IMG/VR virus record: IMGVR_UViG_3300048854_000072
Location: 1 to 32,056 of that record
From: a virus
Lineage: Duplodnaviria; Caudoviricetes
Reading direction: 5' to 3' (one strand)
DNA: 32,056 bases
Shown here: positions 25,219 through 32,056 of the stretch, in pieces
Layout of the letters: every line of letters starts with the position of its first letter
Numbering within the stretch: the first letter of the stretch is position 1
Notes under the pieces: model-generated
The model's database searches: none
What the model was told of the DNA's origin: nothing
The model's input: only the letters and a program-made list of their open reading frames with translations
Translations under genes and position numbers: made by a program

Positions 25219-25767
25219 TTACTTTTGGCTGCTCAGGCCGCCGAGAAGCGTTTGCAACTGGCGCAATGTTTCGGCGTCGCGGGCGTTCTGTTCGCGTGCT
25301 GATTCGATTTGCAATACAGCGTCACCGAGGTCCGTCGCGATCTCTTTCAGTTCTTGCGACACCTGGAACAGCCGATCGTTAAGCGTCGAGAGAACAACAA
25401 ATGGCGTCGCGGGGTTTTCTGCATGCTGGTTGCTGTCAGGCGTAGCGGAGACATGCTCGAGCGTGCGCACCGCCATACCCGCTTCTACCAATACCCCTGG
25501 CGCCTCGGTTGTTTCACTGGGAACCGGAAGGCGCTGATATTCACGGGCCTTCGCTGAGACACCCTTCTGCCGGATCAGACCCGCGTCGACGAGGGAGGCA
25601 AGGCAGCCGGCGACAACCTTCGCATCAAGACGCGAACGCGTCGTGCGTTCAATCTCGCCAGCGATCCGATGCGCAGGCCATGAGTCCTGGATCGGTATGT
25701 GATCGAAAACTTTTCGTGCAACCGAACTCTGGCCCTGAAGCAGTTGCTGCTGACGTTTCGGCGTCAT
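25219..25767 (-). CDS. Hypothetical protein with winged-helix-like N-terminus and C-terminal coiled coil
   Basis: GGAGG RBS before MTPKRQ; GCLASLVDAGLIRQ wing motif; a possible in-frame upstream start exists at 25863. Confidence 0.72.
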   Translation of the reverse strand: MTPKRQQQLLQGQSSVARKVFDHIPIQDSWPAHRIAGEIERTTRSRLDAKVVAGCLASLVDAGLIRQKGVSAKAREYQRLPVPSETTEAPGVLVEAGMAVRTLEHVSATPDSNQHAENPATPFVVLSTLNDRLFQVSQELKEIATDLGDAVLQIESAREQNARDAETLRQLQTLLGGLSSQK

Positions 25768-25837
25768 GCTTCCTCCTTGCCCGGCCGCGAAGCCGTCAAA
25801 ATAACCACGCCCATAAATGCTCCTGTTGCGGCTGACG

Positions 25838-25990
25838 TTACCGATCGATTCGTTGCCGGACATGGCCGCTCCGCTGTTGATGCCGCTGCGACTGCGCCTC
25901 AAGACGCCCGAAAACGCGGCGCCGATAAACGAGCGAGACGACGGCTGAATTTCGACGGCGCAAAGCGCCAGATACGCCGGTCAAAGTCAC
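25838..25990 (-). CDS. Small basic hypothetical protein
   Basis: GTGA overlap with the upstream stop; 50 aa, Arg-rich; support is translational coupling only. Confidence 0.4.
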   Translation of the reverse strand: MTLTGVSGALRRRNSAVVSLVYRRRVFGRLEAQSQRHQQRSGHVRQRIDR

Positions 25991-26385
25991 TTTTGATTTC
26001 CCCGATGGAGATTGCGAAGACGTGCCCATTCAACCGCGCCGACGCGGTTGAACCGTTCGATCTGTTCGCTGGACATGTAGCCAAAAATGCGCGCACGAAA
26101 CTGCTCGCGCTCGGTATGCGAAGGAAATGCCGCGCAGAATTGCGCAGACCGATCGATGAACTCGTCCGCCACGCCAGCCCACTCAGCGGCGCGGAAGAGC
26201 CAGTCAGTGTTGTGAGGAAACGCGACGAGAAGCTTGCGAAGAAACGGGGCAACGGAGTCCGGTGCATGCTCTGCGAGTCGCTTGAGCTCGTGCTGGGCGC
26301 ACGTGACTTGGGACCCAACACTACATGCGAGGCCGGCCTGTTCCCTGAAGGAATTACAGCAGCCCATATCTTCGCGAAAGCGCAT
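25987..26385 (-). CDS. Hypothetical phage protein
   Basis: 132 aa; starts 5 nt after the CII-like stop in the same operon. Confidence 0.65.
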   Translation of the reverse strand: MRFREDMGCCNSFREQAGLACSVGSQVTCAQHELKRLAEHAPDSVAPFLRKLLVAFPHNTDWLFRAAEWAGVADEFIDRSAQFCAAFPSHTEREQFRARIFGYMSSEQIERFNRVGAVEWARLRNLHRGNQK

Positions 26386-26390
26386 ACGGG

Positions 26391-26909
26391 CTATCGGCTG
26401 CGCTTGGTAGATGCCCGCTTCGCGCTGCGAATCAGCGTGTCGAGCATGCGCTGACTGCCGCGCGCAGCGGCAACGATGTCGTCGGCTTCGCTCTGTGTCA
26501 CAACGTTGTCGGCAAGCGCCTCATAGACTTTCTCGGCAACGATGCCGGTATGCCGCGCCAGATCAAGCGCATGCAGTGCGATTGCGTCGGTCGTATTCGC
26601 TTCGCCATGCTCGCCCTCTTCGCCCACGCGCTCCGCGCGCAAACCGAACCTTTCATTGAGCGCGTAAAGCGAGTCGAGGTAATGCGGCTGCCGGCGCTCC
26701 TGCATCCATTCGAGCAGCAGTTCGAACATCTCCATCGACAGGCGGTTTTCTCCTTCGCCGCGCAAACGCAGACGCAACGACTCCGTGCCAATGCTCTTGC
26801 CGCGACGATTGGTCAGGAATGCCGCTGCGTCTGCAACGCCTCCGGGCGTATTGCGCACCGACGTGTAAAGCACGTCCAACCACTCCGTGCCGCTATATCT
26901 GCATGTCAT
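26391..26909 (-). CDS. CII/YmfL-like regulatory protein
   Basis: PGGVADAA HTH-like start and C-terminal ALADNVVTQSE motif; directly downstream of the Cro-like gene. Confidence 0.75.
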   Translation of the reverse strand: MTCRYSGTEWLDVLYTSVRNTPGGVADAAAFLTNRRGKSIGTESLRLRLRGEGENRLSMEMFELLLEWMQERRQPHYLDSLYALNERFGLRAERVGEEGEHGEANTTDAIALHALDLARHTGIVAEKVYEALADNVVTQSEADDIVAAARGSQRMLDTLIRSAKRASTKRSR

Positions 26910-27023
26910 TTGAATCCCCGATGTCTTTGTAGATACGGCTTTTCATTCTGTTTACCTCGCTGCCCCGGCACTACTATCGAAGCACCGGGACGCGGATGGG
27001 CTCGCCCCGCGCGCAGACAACTG

Positions 27024-27257
27024 TTAGTGCTTTACCGACGAGTGCTGAAGCAACGGAGACTGCTGCGGCCTTGTTGTGAAATAGTCGAACAAAGTCTGGA
27101 CCGTCGAAACACGCGGGTCAGTGACGGACCGCCGCGTGATCTTCGTGAGCGTCGAATATGGAATGCCCGTCATTTCGGCGATCACCCGCAGGTTGCCTTT
27201 TTCACGATCAAGGCGAGCCATAACCGCCTCAAGCATTGTTTCGTTCTGGCTTTCCAT
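27024..27257 (-). CDS. cro: Cro-like XRE HTH protein
   Basis: IAEMTGIPYSTLTKI...DPRVSTVQTLFDYF; divergent from the repressor gene. Confidence 0.85.
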   Translation of the reverse strand: MESQNETMLEAVMARLDREKGNLRVIAEMTGIPYSTLTKITRRSVTDPRVSTVQTLFDYFTTRPQQSPLLQHSSVKH

Positions 27258-27287
27258 ACAGGAACCTTAGCGATGTCGGGTCAGCGC

Positions 27288-27316
27288 ATGATAGCCATTT
27301 ATGGTTATTTCAGCAA
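27288..27316 (-). promoter_or_regulatory. pR-like early promoter with overlapping operator palindrome
   Basis: TTGCTG-17 nt-TATCAT on the minus strand; ATAGCCATTTATGGTTAT (27291-27308) fills the spacer. Confidence 0.75.
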
Positions 27317-27348
27317 CAACGCAGCCGGAAGAACTACCCGCAACAGGC

Positions 27349-27363
27349 TAGCCATTGCTGGCA
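27349..27363. promoter_or_regulatory. Weaker operator copy in front of the repressor gene
   Basis: TAGCCATTGCTGGCA matches the GCCAT-nn-ATGGC consensus with one mismatch. Confidence 0.55.
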
Positions 27364-27374
27364 CGCTATCAAAC

Positions 27375-27878
27375 ATGAAAGCCACTTCTACAAAACAAAT
27401 ACTCGCGGCGAACCTCCGCAGGCTGATGGACGAGACCCCATCACTTGACACACAAATGAAGGTTGCAGCGCGCGCAGATATCGCCCAAAGCACTGTTGGG
27501 CGGATGCTTCGCGCCGAAGTGAATCCGCAACTTCATCAGATAGAGGCAATCGCAGACGCTTTTCATGTATCGGTGGCGGAGCTTTTGACCGACAGCACCG
27601 CCCAACAGAACAACGATCCGCCGCTAGACCTCGCCCTATTCAAATCGCTGTCCGAAAGCGACAAGAAAGAGATTGCAGCTCTTATCGAATTCAAGGCATA
27701 CAGGCACAAACTCGAAGCTGAAGGGTTCAGTACGAGCGGAAAGAAAGATCTGGAGTCAGATCTGAAGGAACGCGTCATGCAGGCAATTCAACGAGAACTT
27801 AATAATGACACGTTGAATACAGAACATGAGCGCAAAGACGAGACCAAATCAACTCGCCGCCGTAGTTCATCTCGATAA
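27375..27878 (+). CDS. cI: CI-like repressor (XRE HTH, no S24 autoprotease domain)
   Basis: LAANLRRLM...TQMKVAARADIAQSTVGRML....NPQLHQIEAIADAFHVSVAELL; divergent from cro; 167 aa. Confidence 0.87.
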   Translation: MKATSTKQILAANLRRLMDETPSLDTQMKVAARADIAQSTVGRMLRAEVNPQLHQIEAIADAFHVSVAELLTDSTAQQNNDPPLDLALFKSLSESDKKEIAALIEFKAYRHKLEAEGFSTSGKKDLESDLKERVMQAIQRELNNDTLNTEHERKDETKSTRRRSSSR

Positions 27879-28299
27879 TTTTCGCCATTCCGGGGCAATC
27901 GAGGCCGGCGCGCATACAGCGGTACAAAGTCGAATCAAGCTAATAAGAGGGAAGGTCGAACACCAGTTATACGACGCAACCGCATCACCTATCGCAGCCG
28001 CGTTTGTGAGCATCCACAGCGATGGCTCTGTTCGCACCTTCAGTGGCGGAATAGAACCAGAAATGGCGGAAACATTCGCTATTGAACTCGAAACCCTGGC
28101 AAAGACCATTCGCGCACACGGTCGAAAGCGCACCAGGAATGACCGGCAACGCGGGAGCGCTGCCCTGACATTCATCACAACCGTGGCATTTTGCATCGCC
28201 ACCTACGTCAACGAAACCGCCTGGATTGATGCCACGCTGATGTTCGCAGCGCAGGCGGTTACCGCTTGGGTCAGTCGGAGGCCTCCGCCCCACAGATGA
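27826..28299 (+). CDS. Membrane-anchored hypothetical protein co-transcribed with the repressor
   Basis: 157 aa; overlaps the repressor 3' end by 53 nt; two C-terminal hydrophobic helices. Confidence 0.7.
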   Translation: MSAKTRPNQLAAVVHLDNFRHSGAIEAGAHTAVQSRIKLIRGKVEHQLYDATASPIAAAFVSIHSDGSVRTFSGGIEPEMAETFAIELETLAKTIRAHGRKRTRNDRQRGSAALTFITTVAFCIATYVNETAWIDATLMFAAQAVTAWVSRRPPPHR

Positions 28300-28359
28300 G
28301 CCCCAAACCCGGTGGCCAGATATGCCGTCGGGGCTTATTACATCCTTTCACATGCTTAA

Positions 28360-28403
28360 ATAACCATTTATGGCTTGTCACATTCGCCATTAATGGCTAT
28401 TCT
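28360..28403 (+). promoter_or_regulatory. pL-like early promoter with two operator palindromes
   Basis: TTGTCA (28375)-17 nt-TATTCT (28398); ATAACCATTTATGGCT (28360-28375) and GCCATTAATGGCTAT (28386-28400). Confidence 0.8.
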
Positions 28404-28442
28404 GTGCTCGCCACGATCGGTGGCAGGCACTAGGAGACCATT

Positions 28443-28646
28443 GTGAAAGACTTGACCGCTGTCGATGTCCACGGGGAGACCCGCCGTGCATGGCTTGATC
28501 AGCAAGCCAGAGACTCGCAAAGTGACTTTGAAAATTCCGTGATATGGCGGGGCGTATTCATCGCCGCATTTATCGTGACCGTGATCAATATCCCGGCGTC
28601 GCCGCCACCGATGCAAGCCCCAGCGTCCGTCAGGGCCACGGTGTAG
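28443..28646 (+). CDS. Small single-pass membrane protein, first gene of the pL operon
   Basis: AGGAG RBS before GTG; hydrophobic segment GVFIAAFIVTVINI. Confidence 0.7.
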   Translation: MKDLTAVDVHGETRRAWLDQQARDSQSDFENSVIWRGVFIAAFIVTVINIPASPPPMQAPASVRATV

Positions 28647-28653
28647 GCGAGCG

Positions 28654-28857
28654 ATGACTCGGCGAATTCCCGTCACCGACACCGACATCGCTCGGGAACA
28701 CCGCCTCCGCCATCTGCCCGGCTCTGCCGTCGACTCGATCACCAATCCCGCACTTCGAATCTGCCTCGCCAATTGCGCCGAGCTCAGGGAAAAGCAAGCG
28801 CAGCCCAAACAACCAACGCTGGACGGCAAGCGTCTTGCCGCTGGCGATACGGACTAA
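28654..28857 (+). CDS. Small hypothetical protein
   Basis: 67 aa, tightly packed in the operon; C-terminal DGKRLAAGDTD. Confidence 0.68.
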   Translation: MTRRIPVTDTDIAREHRLRHLPGSAVDSITNPALRICLANCAELREKQAQPKQPTLDGKRLAAGDTD

Positions 28858-28863
28858 CGCCAC

Positions 28864-29211
28864 ATGCCAAGAGCAAAACTCAACGCACCGCCGGAGCCCA
28901 CGCGGCGCGACACCATCGGTCTGCGCTCCACATTCCACTACGATCCGATGGCGCCACGTCCCGCGACGCCAGTCATGGTCGGAAAATATGTCGTCGCACG
29001 GAGACCGCTTGCTGACAGCGTACACACGCTTTACATGATCCTCGACGGCACCGAGGTCATCAGCACATCGATCTCTTATCCGAACGAGGACGACTGCGCG
29101 ACGGCGATCAAGAAAAATCTTCGCAAGCGTGCCGAGTCGCTTGCCTTAACTACAATTGCCAGGGCGAAAAAGCGCAAGCCGCGCGCACTGCGCGTGAAGG
29201 AGGCAGCGTGA
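28864..29211 (+). CDS. Basic hypothetical protein
   Basis: 115 aa; ends KEAA with a GTGA overlap to the next gene. Confidence 0.7.
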   Translation: MPRAKLNAPPEPTRRDTIGLRSTFHYDPMAPRPATPVMVGKYVVARRPLADSVHTLYMILDGTEVISTSISYPNEDDCATAIKKNLRKRAESLALTTIARAKKRKPRALRVKEAA

Positions 29212-29453
29212 CCTTCGCCCTCCTCGTCGCCATCACCACATGCTGTGCCGCATGGTTTCTTACCGGCCATGCTCAGCAACTTCACATCGGCTTTGTCTTC
29301 GGACTGATCGACGCAATTCTGTGGCTGTTCGCTGGCGTGTCAGCCGGCAAGCTCATCGTGGTCGCAATCGCGGGATTCTGTGCCTTGTGCTTCGCACGGC
29401 CGTTTCTGCTCGCGTGGTCGGTGAGACTTTTCGGGAGGCGCCATGCGCAATGA
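29208..29453 (+). CDS. Small multi-pass membrane protein
   Basis: 81 aa, three hydrophobic helices, AAGGAGG RBS. Confidence 0.72.
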   Translation: MTFALLVAITTCCAAWFLTGHAQQLHIGFVFGLIDAILWLFAGVSAGKLIVVAIAGFCALCFARPFLLAWSVRLFGRRHAQ

Positions 29454-29757
29454 CCTGTCTCCGATCTGCAAAGCGTTGATCGCATTTTTAGCTGGTCAAC
29501 GTGATCCGCTGACGATCGACAATATCGAGGCCGCGTTGCCACATGCCGATCGACATGCGCTCCGCCTCGACCTGCACATGCTGGTGCGAGGTACGGTCGT
29601 GCGGCAGGCCATCCGACGCTCGGACGAACGACTCGTGTACTGGCTCGCCGGCCTGACTATCGCTCCGTTTGACGGCACGTTGTTTCACTACGCCCCGGAT
29701 GCTACGTTTGCCGATGTAGGCGGCATCCAGTCCACACTGGAGGCGAATCATGGCTAG
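29443..29757 (+). CDS. Hypothetical winged-helix-like protein
   Basis: 104 aa, GGGAGG RBS; LRLDLHMLVRGTVV...YWL pattern. Confidence 0.68.
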   Translation: MRNDLSPICKALIAFLAGQRDPLTIDNIEAALPHADRHALRLDLHMLVRGTVVRQAIRRSDERLVYWLAGLTIAPFDGTLFHYAPDATFADVGGIQSTLEANHG

Positions 29758-31030
29758 GACCAGCCCGCTCGTTCTCGACGCCATGATCGTCACTGGCAAC
29801 ACGAAGGCCGCAGTCAAGGCCGCCGGCGGGGGATCGTCTGACCTGTGGACCGTACCGCCGAGCGAGATTCATTACGACCCGCGCGACAACGTACGCCCGC
29901 TCGATCCGGACCGCGTCCGCCATCTCGCCGAGCTTATCAAGGCGAACGGATACGACCGCAAACAGCCGATCGGCTGTTTCGTCCGCAAGGTCGGCGGCGA
30001 AGACCGCATCTTCGTCTATGCCGGCCAGCACCGCTTCCACGGCGCGTTGCTCGCGATCAAGGAAGGTGCTCCAATCGACCGACTCCCCGTCGTCATCGAC
30101 GAAGCCAAGTCAGTCAGTCGCGTGAACCTGATCTACGCCGGCATTAACACCAACGACGGCGAGAAGCTGACGCCGCTGCAACTCGCCGAGAAGGTCATCG
30201 AATTGCAGGAGCTCGGTGAGCCAAACGCCACGATCTGCAAACGCCTCAACGTTACGGACCAGACGATCCGGGATGTATTGCTGCTGGCGAATGCGCCCGT
30301 CGCTCTGCACAAGCTGATTCGAGACAAGGTAGTCTCGTCGACGCTGGCCATCGAAGAGGTACGCGCACACGGCGGAGAGAAAGCGCTCGAGCGCCTGCAA
30401 ACGGCTGCGTCGAAGGCAAAGGAATCGGGAAAGACCAAGGTGACTGCGAAAGCGCTGGCCGCAGCCGCACCGAAGCCCCTTGCCAAGCAGATCACCGAAG
30501 TGCAGGCAAAGCAACTTTTGCAGGCGCTGCAGTCCGTCCTGCACGATCCGGTGTTCGGCAAGCTCTCGCCGGGAACAATCGCCGGTGTGCACGCGGCACT
30601 AACGCCTCTCGCCGATCTGCTCGACGCGGTTTCGGCGAAGCGGTCCCGGCACCCGATTCACCAGCCGAACGAGCATGGTGTTTTCGTTGCACATGAGACT
30701 CTGAGTTGCCCTCCGCCGAAGCGTGGCGCCAAATCTCCAGTTGAAATCCGACTTGCTCAGCCGGAGCAAGGCAGCTGGATTTTTGCGACGTCCTACACAG
30801 TCGGCACGTCCCACGCTTCCGGCCCGCTCAAGATGAGCGAAGTGACCGCGATCTTCAAAACGCGCGGGCTCGCGATTCGCGGTGCTATCAAGGCACTTCG
30901 AAAGCAGCTTGATCAATGGAATACGCGCAACGCCAAGGAAATGCCAGCAATCCACGCGTGGTTGGAGAAACTCTGGACCACGCCGGATCCGGACTGGACC
31001 GAAGAAATGGCGCGGGGGAATGCGCAATGA
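29750..31030 (+). CDS. ParB/Spo0J-domain protein with HTH and C-terminal extension
   Basis: DNVR, LAELIKANG, VYAGQHR, N.GEKLTPLQLA and the HTH ICKRLNVTDQTIRDVLLL; GGAGG RBS. Confidence 0.85.
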   Translation: MARTSPLVLDAMIVTGNTKAAVKAAGGGSSDLWTVPPSEIHYDPRDNVRPLDPDRVRHLAELIKANGYDRKQPIGCFVRKVGGEDRIFVYAGQHRFHGALLAIKEGAPIDRLPVVIDEAKSVSRVNLIYAGINTNDGEKLTPLQLAEKVIELQELGEPNATICKRLNVTDQTIRDVLLLANAPVALHKLIRDKVVSSTLAIEEVRAHGGEKALERLQTAASKAKESGKTKVTAKALAAAAPKPLAKQITEVQAKQLLQALQSVLHDPVFGKLSPGTIAGVHAALTPLADLLDAVSAKRSRHPIHQPNEHGVFVAHETLSCPPPKRGAKSPVEIRLAQPEQGSWIFATSYTVGTSHASGPLKMSEVTAIFKTRGLAIRGAIKALRKQLDQWNTRNAKEMPAIHAWLEKLWTTPDPDWTEEMARGNAQ

Positions 31031-31440
31031 CAGTTCTCCCGGCCACTTCTACCCCATGTCCGCTGCCGCGTAAGCGGGAAAGCGGGAATACACGCTCCCA
31101 GCGTTCCCGCGCTGGTGCCGTCCCGGCGCAGACATTGAGCAGCGACGTTAGCAACAGCGGGCTCACGCCCGCCAAACCGATCCAGACGGACGAAGGCCAG
31201 TCGGATTCCCGACTGGCCACCCTCGCGCGGATTGCAGCCATTCGCCGCGAACTCCGTCAGTTGATCGAGCACGTCACCCATGTTGCCGACGTCGGGCTGC
31301 TCGACGTCGTTTGCGAGGAGAAAGGCTGTTTCACCCGGCACCAAGCCGCGCAGGAAGCACGCACATGGGCCGAACAGGCTCGCCTGTCCATCGAAACCGG
31401 TTTGATGCAGCTCGATTGCGCGCTGCATCCATCGACATGA
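31027..31440 (+). CDS. Hypothetical protein
   Basis: ATGA-coupled to the ParB-like gene; 137 aa with a helical C-terminal half. Confidence 0.68.
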   Translation: MTVLPATSTPCPLPRKRESGNTRSQRSRAGAVPAQTLSSDVSNSGLTPAKPIQTDEGQSDSRLATLARIAAIRRELRQLIEHVTHVADVGLLDVVCEEKGCFTRHQAAQEARTWAEQARLSIETGLMQLDCALHPST

Positions 31441-31508
31441 GAATCGCTGTGACCAAAGCAGACCAAAATATCCATACGCAAAGTCGACGTCGACGCGAGG
31501 GACCTGAA

Positions 31509-31814
31509 ATGGCCAATACGAAAACTGCGCTCGTCAAGCCGCTTTATCTTGACTTAGAAACTGTTTGCACAATCGTGTCGCTCGCTCCGGCAACTGTTCA
31601 GCTACTGGTTCGACAGGACCAGTTTCCAAAGCCGAGACTGCTGTCCGGCCGACGCGTTGGCTGGCTGCTTCGAGAGGTGGAGGAGTGGGCAGAGCAGCGA
31701 CCGATTTCGGACCTACTTCCGCCGGCAAACACCGGCGCGCGCCGGAAAAAGTCGGTTACCGCGATGGTCAGCGACCTCCCGATAGCGCCTCTAGCCGCTC
31801 CGACACCCGCGTGA
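31509..31814 (+). CDS. AlpA-family excisionase/regulator
   Basis: QFPKPRLLSGRRVGWLLREVEEW motif; GAGGGA RBS; adjacent to the integrase. Confidence 0.88.
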   Translation: MANTKTALVKPLYLDLETVCTIVSLAPATVQLLVRQDQFPKPRLLSGRRVGWLLREVEEWAEQRPISDLLPPANTGARRKKSVTAMVSDLPIAPLAAPTPA

Positions 31815-32056
31815 GCCACACGCGACGTTCCGCGTCATACGCGTGTCGGTTGTACACGCCCTTGATGCCCTCCTGCATGTGGCCGATTACAGCTTCGCCC
31901 ACTTCGTCAGGGCACCCCATCGATGCCAGCATCGTTCGTACAGTGCGACGTAGATCGTGCGGTGCCCACACGGTTACAGGTAGACGCGGGCGCACCATTT
32001 CAGGCCTAGTTCTCGAGTAGGGCTGATGGTAGTGGACCGCCGTCTGCACAACTTTT
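31768..32056 (-). CDS. int: Tyrosine recombinase/integrase, C-terminal part (runs off the right edge)
   Basis: HDLRRT, IGH and GVYNR catalytic motifs. Confidence 0.93.
   Translation of the reverse strand, partial: KVVQTAVHYHQPYSRTRPEMVRPRLPVTVWAPHDLRRTVRTMLASMGCPDEVGEAVIGHMQEGIKGVYNRHAYDAERRVWLTRVSERLEALSGGR

Larger units (their letters stand above)
1..32056. mobile_element. Lambda-like siphoviral prophage (internal segment; both ends and att sites lie outside the window)
   Basis: Contiguous integrase/excisionase, immunity, replication, Q, terminase, portal, capsid, tail and endolysin genes in lambdoid order; no host housekeeping genes seen. Confidence 0.97.

Noticed and set aside
26550-27374. 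Apparent 275-aa N-terminal extension of the repressor
   Set aside because: Overlaps cro, cII and the operator/promoter region; the HTH domain begins at ATG 27375

Overview
The whole window is an internal segment of a high-GC, lambda-like siphoviral prophage. A Burkholderiales-type host is my inference from composition and gene families, not something the sequence proves. Right to left it carries: the integrase C-terminus and an AlpA-type excisionase; a pL-type early operon with small hypothetical genes and a ParB-domain protein; an immunity region (HTH repressor with no autocleavage domain, an overlapping membrane-protein gene, Cro-like and CII-like genes, shared operator palindromes); a primase-VapE helicase fusion; a candidate origin; a Q-like antiterminator; a late promoter and leader; a cosQ/cosN/cosB-like site; terminase; gpW; a lambda-family portal; a protease-capsid fusion; head-tail and tail genes with a -1 frameshift chaperone pair; a tape measure protein; tail-tip genes; a beta-helix tailspike; and the start of the lysis cassette. 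The strongest oddity is the large terminase. It is broken by a single in-frame TAG followed immediately by ATG, with an AGGAG ribosome-binding site 7 nt upstream, so it may be a two-chain ATPase plus nuclease terminase rather than a dead gene. The second is an FtsK-gamma winged-helix domain with an altered recognition helix inside the primase-helicase. All family calls come from motif recognition by eye and gene order; no database search was run.
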